Below, piece by piece: positions 1 to 10,003 of a stretch of 64,000 nucleotides of DNA (the stretch's first letter is position 1; the number at the start of each line of letters is the position of its first letter). The stretch comes from Spirochaetia bacterium (lineage in GTDB: Bacteria > Spirochaetota > Spirochaetia > DSM-2461). The translations under genes were made by a program, and so were the position numbers. The notes under the pieces were generated by a model. That model was not told the origin of the DNA and did not search any database. It saw only the letters and a program-made list of their open reading frames with translations. The stretch covers positions 4,160,001 to 4,224,000 of the forward strand of contig OY764216.1 of assembly GCA_963668315.1 (NCBI GenBank), given 5' to 3'.

Positions 1-500
1 CCCTTTTCATCACCGTCAAGGCGATCGGCTTGTACAATACCATCTGGGCCCTGGTTCTTCCCATGTCGGTTATTGGCTTCAACATCATCCTCATGCTGAA
101 TTTTTTCCGGGGTATTCCCTACGCCCTGTCCGAATCGGCTTTTATGGACGGGGCGAATCACTTCCAGATTCTCCGGCGCATCTATCTTCCCATATCCAAG
201 CCTTCCCTGGCCACGGTGGGGCTGTTCATTATGGTGATGAACTGGAACGAATGGTTTCACGGCCTGGTCTTCGTGAGCGATCCTTCCCGCTACCCCCTCC
301 AGACCTACCTCAGGGGGGTTATCAAGGCCGCCACGGCGACGAATCTTGACTTGAATAGTGCCGAAGTCATGAAAGAGATCTCCATGAAGACCCTGACATC
401 GGCCCAGATCTTTATCGCCATCGTGCCCATTCTCCTCGTCTATCCTCTCCTTCAGAAATATTTTGTAACCGGCATGACCCTGGGAAGTGTTAAAGAGTAG
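1..500 (+). CDS. Carbohydrate ABC transporter permease (5'-truncated by window)
   Basis: Frame open from window start; EAA-like motif ESAFMDGA, WNEWF, C-terminal PLLQKYFVTGMTLGSVKE typical of CUT1 permeases. Confidence 0.93.
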   Translation, partial: LFITVKAIGLYNTIWALVLPMSVIGFNIILMLNFFRGIPYALSESAFMDGANHFQILRRIYLPISKPSLATVGLFIMVMNWNEWFHGLVFVSDPSRYPLQTYLRGVIKAATATNLDLNSAEVMKEISMKTLTSAQIFIAIVPILLVYPLLQKYFVTGMTLGSVKE

Positions 501-503
501 ACT

Positions 504-2123
504 ATGTACAATCTCCTGATCGTCGACGATGAAAAGATTATCCGCGAAGGCCTTTTCGAACTTCTCTCCATGGAGGAGGAACTGGAACTCAATCTTTTCT
601 CGGCGGCATCGGCCATCGAAGCCCGGGAGATTCTGGAAGAGAGGAAGATCGATATCGTCCTGACCGATATCAAGATGCCCAAAATGTCGGGGATCGAGCT
701 TTTCGATGTGATTCAGGAGAGATGGCCCCACTGCAAGGTGATCTTTCTCACGGGTTACTCCGAGTTCGATTATGTATATAAGGTTCACAAGCACGCCCGT
801 TATATTCTCAAAGCCGAAGAGGACGAGAAAATCATCGCCGCCGTGTCCGAGACGGTCAGAGAGATCGAGAATGATTTCATGCTGGAGCAGATTGTCCGGG
901 ACAGCGACCTCCTTCTTGATCAGAAAAAGGAACGGGAGAAGGACCGCTTCCTTTACGATCTCTTCTCGGGATTCACAGACACTTCTACGGTCACAGACGA
1001 CCTGATCTCCCGCCTGGGGATAGATCTGACCGTTTCGGAGGGAATCTATTATGCGGTGATGCGCCACGACCCCATTGGCGGGAACTCCTACGATGAGCAG
1101 CTGCAAATTCTGGCGGACCTGCAGCTGCTCATGGAAAAGTATTACTTCGATTTTATGAAGGGCATCGTTTTTCATCATTCGAAAAACTATATCATCATGC
1201 TTCTTCAGCCGACGAAATGGAATACACCGGAGAGGAATCTGCTCACCCTCAAGGGGAGAAGCGAGCTTTTCCAGAAGGCCTGTCTGAAGAATTTCGACAT
1301 GACCCTTTCCATCCTCCTCGGCGGAGGGACGCTCCCCCTGGGAGAATTCACCGGCCGTTTCCACAGGATAAAATCGAAACTGCTCATGGCCGGCGAGGAG
1401 GCCCTCCTTATTCTTAAGGAGACTCCGGAGGATATTTCCGACCGGGATTTCCAGAGGGAGCAGAAGGAGAATCTTATCGAGTCCCGGCTGGAACTTCTCG
1501 ATTATTACTTCGAGAACTCCCATGGGGACCATGTGATGGCTCTTTTGAATGAGGCTTCGGAACTCTTTGAGGACAAATCGGATATGGAAGATCTCTTTGC
1601 CGTGGAAGTCTTCAGCGACATCGCCGTCAAGCTCCTCAAGTATATCAACCGCCTGCACCTTTCCGAAGAGTCCCGGAACCGGGTGGAGATTGCCCGGCTG
1701 TACAGCGTCACGGCCTATGAGAGCTGGCGAGAAGCCTTTCATTATCTAAGGGAAGTCTGCGAATTTGTCTTCGAACTGAGGGAAGCCAGCCGGACGAAAA
1801 GCAATGACGACGTCATCAGGCAGGTGAAGGGCTACATCCATGATAACCTGAGTGGAGACACCTCCCTCGACACCCTGGCCGATCTGGTAAGACTCAGTCC
1901 CGAATATCTCCTGCGCCGGTTCAAAAAGAGCGAGGGGGTTACCATCCTCCAGTTCATAAACGATCTGAAAATTATCAAAGCGAAAAGCCTCATCGCCGAC
2001 AAAAACAGGCAGATCAAGGAGATAGCCTTCGAACTGGGCTTTTCCAGTTCCGGCTATTTCGGGCGGTTTTTCAAAAGCAAAACAGGTTTGAGCCCCCAGG
2101 GCTATCGCGATCAGTTAGCATAA
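504..2123 (+). CDS. Two-component response regulator, REC + C-terminal AraC HTH (YesN-like)
   Basis: N-terminal IVDDE...DIKMP...LTGY receiver; C-terminal AraC motifs (LSPEYL..FKK, GFSSSGYFGRFFK). Confidence 0.93.
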   Translation: MYNLLIVDDEKIIREGLFELLSMEEELELNLFSAASAIEAREILEERKIDIVLTDIKMPKMSGIELFDVIQERWPHCKVIFLTGYSEFDYVYKVHKHARYILKAEEDEKIIAAVSETVREIENDFMLEQIVRDSDLLLDQKKEREKDRFLYDLFSGFTDTSTVTDDLISRLGIDLTVSEGIYYAVMRHDPIGGNSYDEQLQILADLQLLMEKYYFDFMKGIVFHHSKNYIIMLLQPTKWNTPERNLLTLKGRSELFQKACLKNFDMTLSILLGGGTLPLGEFTGRFHRIKSKLLMAGEEALLILKETPEDISDRDFQREQKENLIESRLELLDYYFENSHGDHVMALLNEASELFEDKSDMEDLFAVEVFSDIAVKLLKYINRLHLSEESRNRVEIARLYSVTAYESWREAFHYLREVCEFVFELREASRTKSNDDVIRQVKGYIHDNLSGDTSLDTLADLVRLSPEYLLRRFKKSEGVTILQFINDLKIIKAKSLIADKNRQIKEIAFELGFSSSGYFGRFFKSKTGLSPQGYRDQLA

Positions 2124-2132
2124 AGGAATAAC

Positions 2133-4433
2133 ATGATGGAACAGAAAGAAAGCATCGGCTGGATAGGTACGTCCGGAGAACCGGGCAGTATCAGGGAACC
2201 GGAACTTGTCTATTTCAGAAAGGTTCTGCCCCTTGAGGAGCAACCGGAGAATTTCTCCATTGAGATAACAGCCGATTCCCGCTATAAATTCTATGTGAAC
2301 GGGTCACTGGTCAACGCGGGACCCCAGAAGGGAGACAGGCAGATCTGGTACCGGGACAGACTCGAGCTGGGAACTTATCTCAGGAAGGGACGAAATATCC
2401 TGATCGCCGTTGTCCTGATGATCCCCGACAGAAACCGGGGGGGCAATTACTCCTTCGCCAGAACCGCTACCCCCGGGTTTTACCTTAGCGGCCTCGAGGG
2501 CTTCCGGGCCGATGAAAGCTGGAAATGGCGGCAAGCTCCGGTGAAGATGCCCGGCGAGGACAGCCATTTCGCGCCCCTCCATATTTTCGAGGAAGCCGAA
2601 GGATCGGATCTCAACGGGCCCGCCTGGGATAAGGAGTATGACGACGGCTCCTGGCAAAGCGCCCATCCCTACACTCCCTTTGATCTTAGCGACCGGCTTC
2701 TACCCGAAAATCTCCAGGAAAGGACGATTCCCTTTATGAGAAGGGAGGACCGCCGATTTTCCCGGATCAAGTGCCTGAGGAAGTCCCGATTCTCCGCCGA
2801 CCGTTGGGACGGCTTGCTCCGGGAAGGCGGGATTCTTGAAATTCCGCCGGAAAGCCGGGAAATCGTAGAGATCTCGGCGGGAGAGGAAAGAACGGGCTTC
2901 CTCAAACTGCTGACCGCCGGGGGGAAAGACTCCCGGATAACCCTGCTCACATCGGAATGCTACGCCTACGAGCCCATAGAGGGTTTGAACGGCCCGGTCA
3001 TACCCCGCAAGGGGGATAGAACCGATTCGGAAAGGGGGCAGCTCTACGGCTTCACCGATACCTACCGCGTCAAGGGTGCCGGAACGACCGATTCGCCCGA
3101 AATTTATGAGCCCTTCTGGTTCAGAACGTTCCGCTATATCCGCCTGACCATAGAAACGGCCGAAGAGCCCCTCACCCTCGCCGATTTTTCCTATCAGAGC
3201 AACGCCTATCCCCTGGAGGTAAAAACCTCGGTGGAAACGTCCGATCCGTCCCTGGCAAAGATATGGGAAATCAGCGAGAGATCCCTGCGCCTCTGCATGC
3301 ACGAAACCTATGAGGACTGCCCCTTTTACGAGCAGCTCCAGTACGCCCAGGACACGAGGAGCCAGATACTCTACACCTACGCCGTTTCCGCCGATGACAG
3401 ACTGGCCCGGCAGGCCATGGACGATTTCAGGCGATCGGCGCGCTTCGATGGTATGGTCAACTGCTCCTTTCCCAACTACGAAAACCATGTCATTCCCGGC
3501 TTCGGTATCTTCTACATCGCCATGGTGTACGACCATATGATGTATTTCGGCGATAAGGAACTGATCCGGGAGCATATGCCCGCCATACTCGGGGTTCTGA
3601 ACTTCTTTAGGAAGCACATCGACGAAAAGGGACTCGTCGGAAAGGTGGGCGGCCCCCTCTTCTCTTCCCGCTTCTGGTCCTTTATCGACTGGACCGACCA
3701 GTGGCGGGACACCCTGGGCGTGCCCCCCGCCACCGGAGAGGGCCCGCTTACCATGGAGAGCTTCTACTATGTCATGGCTCTCCGCCACGGCGCAGCCCTC
3801 TTCGACTACCTCGGGTTTTCCGATCTGTCACGCCGTCTCATGGGGGAATCAGAAGAGATTAAGGCGGCTATCAACCGCCACTGCCGGGGAGAAAACGGCA
3901 TGTACCAGGACGGGCCGTCTATAGAGGCATACAGTCAGCACTGCCAGGTTTTCGCCCTTCTCACCGATTCGATCGACGGGAAAAGGGGGAAAAAAAACCT
4001 GCTGGAAACTTTCTCCCATAAGGAGAAGTACGCCCAGTGTTCCGTGGCTATGATGTATTATCTGTTCCGGGCCCTGGAAAAGTGCGGGGCCTATGAGAAA
4101 ACCGACGGGCTCTGGAATATCTGGCGGGATATGGTGAAAAAGAACCTGACCACCTGCGAAGAAGATTCGGTTCTCAGCCGCAGCGACTGCCACGCCTGGG
4201 GAGCTCTGGTCCTCTATGAACTGCCCTCTGCGGTACTGGGAGTGCGCCCCGCCTCGCCGGGATATGCCGAACTGGAGATCCATCCCATGGCGGGAGCTCT
4301 CTCCTGGGCCAGGGGAACGGTCTGCACCCCCCGGGGGCCGGTTCATGTCTCCTGGAAAAAGGAGAATGGGGAAATCAAATTAGAGGTCTCCCCGCCGGAG
4401 GGAGTTAAGGTGCGCACAAGTCAGGGCTCCTGA
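2133..4433 (+). CDS. Alpha-L-rhamnosidase, GH78
   Basis: ITADSRYKFYVNG N-domain, ETYEDCPFYEQLQY..D, SDCHAWG motifs. Confidence 0.88.
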   Translation: MMEQKESIGWIGTSGEPGSIREPELVYFRKVLPLEEQPENFSIEITADSRYKFYVNGSLVNAGPQKGDRQIWYRDRLELGTYLRKGRNILIAVVLMIPDRNRGGNYSFARTATPGFYLSGLEGFRADESWKWRQAPVKMPGEDSHFAPLHIFEEAEGSDLNGPAWDKEYDDGSWQSAHPYTPFDLSDRLLPENLQERTIPFMRREDRRFSRIKCLRKSRFSADRWDGLLREGGILEIPPESREIVEISAGEERTGFLKLLTAGGKDSRITLLTSECYAYEPIEGLNGPVIPRKGDRTDSERGQLYGFTDTYRVKGAGTTDSPEIYEPFWFRTFRYIRLTIETAEEPLTLADFSYQSNAYPLEVKTSVETSDPSLAKIWEISERSLRLCMHETYEDCPFYEQLQYAQDTRSQILYTYAVSADDRLARQAMDDFRRSARFDGMVNCSFPNYENHVIPGFGIFYIAMVYDHMMYFGDKELIREHMPAILGVLNFFRKHIDEKGLVGKVGGPLFSSRFWSFIDWTDQWRDTLGVPPATGEGPLTMESFYYVMALRHGAALFDYLGFSDLSRRLMGESEEIKAAINRHCRGENGMYQDGPSIEAYSQHCQVFALLTDSIDGKRGKKNLLETFSHKEKYAQCSVAMMYYLFRALEKCGAYEKTDGLWNIWRDMVKKNLTTCEEDSVLSRSDCHAWGALVLYELPSAVLGVRPASPGYAELEIHPMAGALSWARGTVCTPRGPVHVSWKKENGEIKLEVSPPEGVKVRTSQGS

Positions 4434-4496
4434 TCCGGAATCTGCCCGAGCTGCATAAGTTCAGGGCAAGAAACGGGGTATGCCCCTTCAGGCAGA

Positions 4497-4844
4497 TCAG
4501 TCGTAAAACTTTCCCCTGTGGAAATTCTCATTGCCCAGCTTCTTCGCCGTCATACTGAACAGAACGCAGCCGTCGGGGCAGACGATATCCTTGTGGTATC
4601 TGCTGTCTCCCCCGATATTCTGCAGGTCCCCCCCGCTTCTGACCGCTTCCATAATCGGAAACATCATGACCATGACCTTCGAGCAGATTCCCTGTCCTTC
4701 ACCGTTCACGGGACAGCCGTAGGTACAGGTGTACTTGTCGCCGATTTCCTCTCCGTTGCGGCAATACCTCTCAGTCTTGTCGCTCCGGAGAAAACCGGTC
4801 ACCTCGATTTCCCACTCATACTCTTCGTCATACCATTTTTTCAT
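4497..4844 (-). CDS. TIGR04076-family Cys-rich small protein
   Basis: True start MKKWYDEEY at 4844 with GGAGG RBS; CRNG..GD, C..CP, GIC, CPDG pattern; overlaps the LysR stop by 17 nt. Confidence 0.75.
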   Translation of the reverse strand: MKKWYDEEYEWEIEVTGFLRSDKTERYCRNGEEIGDKYTCTYGCPVNGEGQGICSKVMVMMFPIMEAVRSGGDLQNIGGDSRYHKDIVCPDGCVLFSMTAKKLGNENFHRGKFYD

Positions 4845-5724
4845 AATCCGCCTCCATACGTGATTGAATATGGCCCAGAAATTTCTCCGTCGCCGTGGAA
4901 AAGACCTGAAACTTCTTCCATGCCAAATAACAGCTGACCTCAAAGGAGGGCTCCAGGGGACGGAAGCATAGATGGGAATCCTTGTTTTCAAAGATGAGAT
5001 TTTCCAGGGCGAAAGCGTAGCCGAACCCCTCTTCCACCATGACGGCGGCATTATATATCAGATTGTAGGTGGCTACCACGTCAAGGCTGTCATAATGTTT
5101 TCCGAACCACTGTATCATTCTCTTCTGCATGGCATTGCGGCTCGAAAGGATAAGGGGTTTATCGACCAGATCCTCGGCCAGGATGGTCTCTTTTTCCGCC
5201 AGGGGAGAGTCTTTTCTCATAATGATACCGAATCGGTCCACCGAGGGAAGGGGGATAAACTCATACTTCTCAATATCCACCGGTTCAATCAGGAGGATAA
5301 TGTCGATAAGCCCCTTGTCCACCCTCTCCTTCAGGTCATCGGCATTACCGCTGTAAAAGTCAAAGACAACTCCCGGGTTGTTTCTGCCGAACTCTCCTAT
5401 GACGGGAGCCCAGATACGCATAGCGTTTGTCTCCCCGGAACCCAGGTAGATCGTTCCTTCCAGACTTCCCTCCTGGGCCTTGATCTCGTTCTCCGCCTTC
5501 AAGGCCAGGTCCAGGATCTCTTCGGCCCTTCGCCTGAGAAGAACTCCCTTTTCGGTCAGGGAGAATTTCGATCCCCTGCAGAACAGTTTGACTCCCAGCT
5601 CCTCTTCGAGCTGCATGATCTGACGCGACAAAGTCGGTTGAGTTATATGCAGGATATCGGCGGCCCGGGTGATATTCTCCTCCCGGGCAATGGCCAGAAA
5701 ATAACGCAATACACGGAGTTCCAT
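4828..5724 (-). CDS. LysR-family transcriptional regulator
   Basis: MELRVLRYFLAIAREENITRAADILHITQPTLSRQIMQLEEELG HTH plus substrate-binding domain. Confidence 0.96.
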   Translation of the reverse strand: MELRVLRYFLAIAREENITRAADILHITQPTLSRQIMQLEEELGVKLFCRGSKFSLTEKGVLLRRRAEEILDLALKAENEIKAQEGSLEGTIYLGSGETNAMRIWAPVIGEFGRNNPGVVFDFYSGNADDLKERVDKGLIDIILLIEPVDIEKYEFIPLPSVDRFGIIMRKDSPLAEKETILAEDLVDKPLILSSRNAMQKRMIQWFGKHYDSLDVVATYNLIYNAAVMVEEGFGYAFALENLIFENKDSHLCFRPLEPSFEVSCYLAWKKFQVFSTATEKFLGHIQSRMEADYEKMV

Positions 5725-5816
5725 GGCTTTATTATACCTCCGCCGGCGGAAAACATCAGCCGCGGAGGAGTGAAAGAAGGTTAAATCCAGTATAAATATG
5801 ACTCGCCAATAGCGAA

Positions 5817-6761
5817 TCAGGCCGATTTATTCTTATTTATTCTGTCCAGATACATAATGAACATACCGCTGGCCAGGATAAGTCCGGCTCCCCCCAGTGT
5901 GGAAAGAGTGGGAATCTCCCTCCAGAAGAGGAACCCCCACAACGTATTTATGGGCAGGGCCAGATATTCGAATGAGGCAAGGACAGACGCCTTTGCGTAG
6001 CTGTAGGCTTTTGCCATGAAAAAAGTCCACACGGCCCAGACGATTCCGAGTCCCCCCATGATGATCCCGTCGCGCCATGTGGGCAGGGACCAGTGGACAA
6101 ACAGGAAAGCCACGCTGGGATTTGCCTCGGGCAGCTCCCCCACGGCCAGGGTAATGGGAACGATAACGCCGGCGGCAAGCAGATAGACCAGGGAGCTGTA
6201 GAAAGCCATGGTTCCGCTGCTCTCGGTGGTCTGCAGCTTTCTTGTGCTCATAACGATGAAGGCGTAGAAGAGAACGCTGATTAATATGAAAACCGCCCCG
6301 ATATTGAAGCTGCCCGAACCGGGCTTCAAGATGAGGATGACCCCCAGAAATCCGATAATCAGAACGACCCAGCGTCGCAGTTCCACCTTCTCCTTCAGGA
6401 GGAAGATAGAAAAGACGGTAATCATGATGGGACCGGAAAAGCGGATGGACTCGATCTGGGCCAGCGGCAGGGACACAAGCCCCATCATATAGGTGGTATA
6501 GGAGACAAAGAGAAAAAATCCCCTTATGAAGTGAAGTCCCAGGCGTTTCGTCCCGGGAATACCCTTGATTCCCTCTCCCCTGAGAAAAAGCAGGGAAAAG
6601 GGAAGAGCGATGATGTTGCGCATAATCACCATCTGCAGAACGGGATAATTTCCCCCCAGTCCCTTAACGGCGATGCTCTGGGTGGAAATGACAAAAAGGG
6701 CCAGGACGAGAAAGCCTACTCCCCTTGCCGTATCGGCGGATGATTCATTGTTTGATTCCAT
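5817..6761 (-). CDS. DMT/EamA-family transporter
   Basis: About 10 hydrophobic segments, LLKEKV, duplicated EamA architecture. Confidence 0.9.
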   Translation of the reverse strand: MESNNESSADTARGVGFLVLALFVISTQSIAVKGLGGNYPVLQMVIMRNIIALPFSLLFLRGEGIKGIPGTKRLGLHFIRGFFLFVSYTTYMMGLVSLPLAQIESIRFSGPIMITVFSIFLLKEKVELRRWVVLIIGFLGVILILKPGSGSFNIGAVFILISVLFYAFIVMSTRKLQTTESSGTMAFYSSLVYLLAAGVIVPITLAVGELPEANPSVAFLFVHWSLPTWRDGIIMGGLGIVWAVWTFFMAKAYSYAKASVLASFEYLALPINTLWGFLFWREIPTLSTLGGAGLILASGMFIMYLDRINKNKSA

Positions 6762-6763
6762 AA

Positions 6764-8479
6764 TTAATTCTCCCTTATAGGCAGTATGAGCCGTGAAGGA
6801 TGGGCCCCGTCGTGGTGGATCCGGTTCACGGCTGTCATATATTCATCCCGGGTTTCCCCGGATATCGTTCCCCCCGTATTGCTGTTTCTGTCAAATCGGG
6901 GAAAATTGCTGCTGGAAACTTCCAGCCGGACGGAATGGCCCGGCAGGAAAACATTGGCCGTAGCCCAGAGATTCAGGGTCAGCCCGTAGATTTCGCCGGG
7001 TTCCATCATTTCCGGTCTCTCAAAGGAGTTTCTGTAGCGGGCCCTCATGATGCCCTCGGTCAGAATGACGGCTTTTCCATCGGGAAAAACATCCACCAGT
7101 TTGCCGGTGAAATCCGTATCCCTGGCCGATGAGGAGACATACAGCTGCAGCTCCACCGGCCCTATCACTTCCCATTCCTTATCCAGAACCGGCGTGGAGT
7201 AGACAAGCACGTCGTCCCGAATTTCCGCTTCCCGCTGATCCCTGGGACCGGTGGAGTTCCCTCCGGGCAGAATCACCTGTCCGCCCACCGTCGGAACGGG
7301 TCTGAGGGGATTGTAAAGGTAGACATCGGACGGCTCATCCCCGGGCGTATCCGCAGAGAGGGCTCCGTCACCGTGCAAAGTATTGGCAGAGCCGCTGCTG
7401 TGGAGATAATAGGAGCGGAAGCGCGTATCGGGCAGGGGCCAGTCCGATCCGAAAATCCATTCATTCCGGCCCATGAGAAAAATCATGACCGGCGGATCCT
7501 TTTCCGCGCCGTTCTCGATCCCCCTCACCCATCTGTCGTACCAGCGCATATGCATTCCCGCCAGATCGATAGCCGCGGCGCTGCTCCCGGAACCGTACTC
7601 TATCTCGGGAAATACTCCGGAAAAGTTCATATGGGTCCAGGGGCCGATGATGACCCGCTGATTCTCCCGGGCCGTTTTTGAACCGCCCCTCTCTCTCATA
7701 CCCGTAAAATTCCGGAACGTGCTCCAGAGGAAAATATCATACCATCCGCTGATATTGAGGGCGGGAACGGTAATACCTTCGTATCCCTTCTCGGGCGAGG
7801 CTCCGTGCCAGTACTCGCCCCCCGAGGAATGGGACAGCCACTCCCGGTAAAAAGAAGCATGGGACGCGATCATGGGATGGGCGGCCAGAGGCAGTTCGTT
7901 CAGGGCCTCATCCACATCGGGGAGGGGCCCCTTCTCTCCTATCCCGTCCTCCTCCGTTCGGGAACGATTCAGTTCCGCCGGAATAATGCTCGCGACGACC
8001 CAGCGAAGATCATGGAGAACTTTAGCCCCTCCCTGATACATACAGCCTTCATAGCTGTCGGAAAAGGTGATGGAGGGGGCCATGGCTTTCAGGGCAGGAG
8101 GAGTCTCCCCGGCGGGAAGCCACTGGGTTCCCCCGAGGTAGGACCCTCCGAAAGTCCCGATTGTCCCGTCGGACCAGGGCTGCCCGGACGCCCAGGCAAA
8201 GGCGTCGACCCCGTCCTCCTTCTCCTGGAAATGGGGATTGAACTTTCCCTCCGAAGCGTAACGGCCCCTCACATCCTGAATGACCACGGCATAGCCCATT
8301 TCCAGGGCCCGGAACGTGTCGAACCGGTCATCCACCGCGGCATAGTTCTTATTGTAGGGGGTGCGTGCCATGAGCACGGGCGCCGGACCGGAATCGTCTT
8401 TCCGGTAGATATCCGTGGCGAGGCGCACCCCGTCCCTCATGGGGACCATGACGTTCCTCTCTATGATGATCTTATCCAT
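6764..8479 (-). CDS. CocE/NonD-family serine hydrolase (peptidase S15)
   Basis: VPMRDGVRLATDIY, RTPY, QDVRGRYASEG, nucleophile GGSYLG, GPWTH, SSNFPRFDRN. Confidence 0.95.
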   Translation of the reverse strand: MDKIIIERNVMVPMRDGVRLATDIYRKDDSGPAPVLMARTPYNKNYAAVDDRFDTFRALEMGYAVVIQDVRGRYASEGKFNPHFQEKEDGVDAFAWASGQPWSDGTIGTFGGSYLGGTQWLPAGETPPALKAMAPSITFSDSYEGCMYQGGAKVLHDLRWVVASIIPAELNRSRTEEDGIGEKGPLPDVDEALNELPLAAHPMIASHASFYREWLSHSSGGEYWHGASPEKGYEGITVPALNISGWYDIFLWSTFRNFTGMRERGGSKTARENQRVIIGPWTHMNFSGVFPEIEYGSGSSAAAIDLAGMHMRWYDRWVRGIENGAEKDPPVMIFLMGRNEWIFGSDWPLPDTRFRSYYLHSSGSANTLHGDGALSADTPGDEPSDVYLYNPLRPVPTVGGQVILPGGNSTGPRDQREAEIRDDVLVYSTPVLDKEWEVIGPVELQLYVSSSARDTDFTGKLVDVFPDGKAVILTEGIMRARYRNSFERPEMMEPGEIYGLTLNLWATANVFLPGHSVRLEVSSSNFPRFDRNSNTGGTISGETRDEYMTAVNRIHHDGAHPSRLILPIREN

Positions 8480-8498
8480 AATCTTCTCTCCTTTCTAT

Positions 8499-9377
8499 CT
8501 ATTCACCGTTGCGGACGACTCTGAAACCCCGGCTGTAAAAACGGTCGTCCGGCGGGGTGGCCGCCCGGTAGGCCGATCTCAGATGCTTGGCAAAATCGTT
8601 CCACCCGCCTCCCCGGGTCAGGCGAAGAAATCCCTCCGCCGGACCGGAGGGATTGACCGAAGTTCCCCCGTCATAATTCCCGTAAAAATCAAAGCACCAT
8701 TCACTGACATTTCCGTGCATGTTATAGAGTCCCCAGGGATTCGGGTCAAAGCTGTCCACGGAGACGGTTTTTTCACGGTAGATTCCGGGAGGCGTTTCCA
8801 TCTCATAACGGTCAAAATAGTGATCCTCCACCGTATAGGGATAGTAGCCGAAGTAATTGACGTCTTCCGCGGCGACCGAATCCCCCCTATTGAAAGGGGA
8901 AGACGTCCCCGCCCGGCAGGCATACTCCCATTCCGCTTCCGTGGGAAGCCGGTATCCGTCGGCCCCCCGGTCCCAGTGAACCTGCCTGCCGCTGATCTGA
9001 TAAACGGGCTGCCTGTTCTCCCTGCGGCTCAGGCCGTTGCAGAAGGAAACGGCATCGTACCAGCTCACCCCTTCCACGGGCAGACCGGCGCCGGTGAAGG
9101 AACTGGGATTCTCCCCGGTAATCTCTTCGTATTCAGCCTGGGTCACTTCATAGGGGCTCATATAAAAGCTGTCCACCCTTACCCTGTGAAGGGTTTCATC
9201 GGGCTCCCGCCACAATTCGCTTTCCGGACTTCCCATGGAAAAGACCCCTCCGCTGATCAGGATGAGATTATCATCCCCATAGGACCGTAACTCCCGGTCA
9301 TTCTGGGCGAAGAGAAACAGGGCCGTTCCCAGAAAACAGAAAAAACCAAATGCCTTTTTTTTGCCGTTGATCTTCAT
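8499..9377 (-). CDS. FGE-sulfatase (SUMF1) domain protein with signal peptide
   Basis: FSMGS, YEVTQ, VSWYDA, YRLPTEAEWEYACR, NPWGLYNMHGNVSEW, RGGGW, GFRVVR. Confidence 0.92.
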   Translation of the reverse strand: MKINGKKKAFGFFCFLGTALFLFAQNDRELRSYGDDNLILISGGVFSMGSPESELWREPDETLHRVRVDSFYMSPYEVTQAEYEEITGENPSSFTGAGLPVEGVSWYDAVSFCNGLSRRENRQPVYQISGRQVHWDRGADGYRLPTEAEWEYACRAGTSSPFNRGDSVAAEDVNYFGYYPYTVEDHYFDRYEMETPPGIYREKTVSVDSFDPNPWGLYNMHGNVSEWCFDFYGNYDGGTSVNPSGPAEGFLRLTRGGGWNDFAKHLRSAYRAATPPDDRFYSRGFRVVRNGE

Positions 9378-9973
9378 TTAAGGGGTACTCCGTTTTCGGA
9401 CAGCCACTCACGGATTTCCTCTTCCAAGGTTGATTTTCCACCGTAGTAGACGGCCAGACCGCTTCTGATATCCGAACCGGGGCTCAGTTTGGCGATGGCG
9501 GAAATGCTCTGTCCCAGACGGCCTCCCCCGTGGGTGCAGAAGGGAACGATTTTCTTGCCCGAAAGGTCGTAACTCTCCAGGAAGCTGGCGATAGGCATGG
9601 GAATCGACGCCCACCAGTTCGGGAACCCCAGAAGAATGGTATCGTAGCCGTCCAGATTTCCGGGCAGATGGCTGATCTGGGGGCGGGCCCTTCTTTTCTG
9701 ATCCTCCTTAGCCTCCATCAATACGGTATTATAAAGGGAGGAATAGGGATCGGATAGTTCAATCTCGTAAATATCGGCCCCGGTCAGGTCATGGACGATC
9801 TTCGCCAGGGACAGGGTGTTTCCGCTGGCGTAGGTGACCGTATCCACTTCTCCGGTCAGGCTGTTCCCCCGTGAACTGGGAAAGCACACGATAAGCAGGG
9901 AGGAGTTCTGCCCTGCCAGGGGAATCATAAGAGAACAAAGAAGAATGAGGCATAGAAGGATATGTTTTTTCAT
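9374..9973 (-). CDS. Flavodoxin (Flavodoxin_4-like) with predicted signal peptide
   Basis: SGNT..LA, YDTILLGFPNWWASIPMP, PFCTHGGG. Confidence 0.88.
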   Translation of the reverse strand: MKKHILLCLILLCSLMIPLAGQNSSLLIVCFPSSRGNSLTGEVDTVTYASGNTLSLAKIVHDLTGADIYEIELSDPYSSLYNTVLMEAKEDQKRRARPQISHLPGNLDGYDTILLGFPNWWASIPMPIASFLESYDLSGKKIVPFCTHGGGRLGQSISAIAKLSPGSDIRSGLAVYYGGKSTLEEEIREWLSENGVPLK

Positions 9974-10003
9974 GTTTTCCTCCCTTCCTGTGAATCGGTC
10001 ACT

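Noticed and set aside
4434..4500. Nested inverted repeats at the rhamnosidase/island junction (attC or IS end?)
   Set aside because: No convincing integron R/L boxes or TSD; adequately explained as a hairpin between convergent genes
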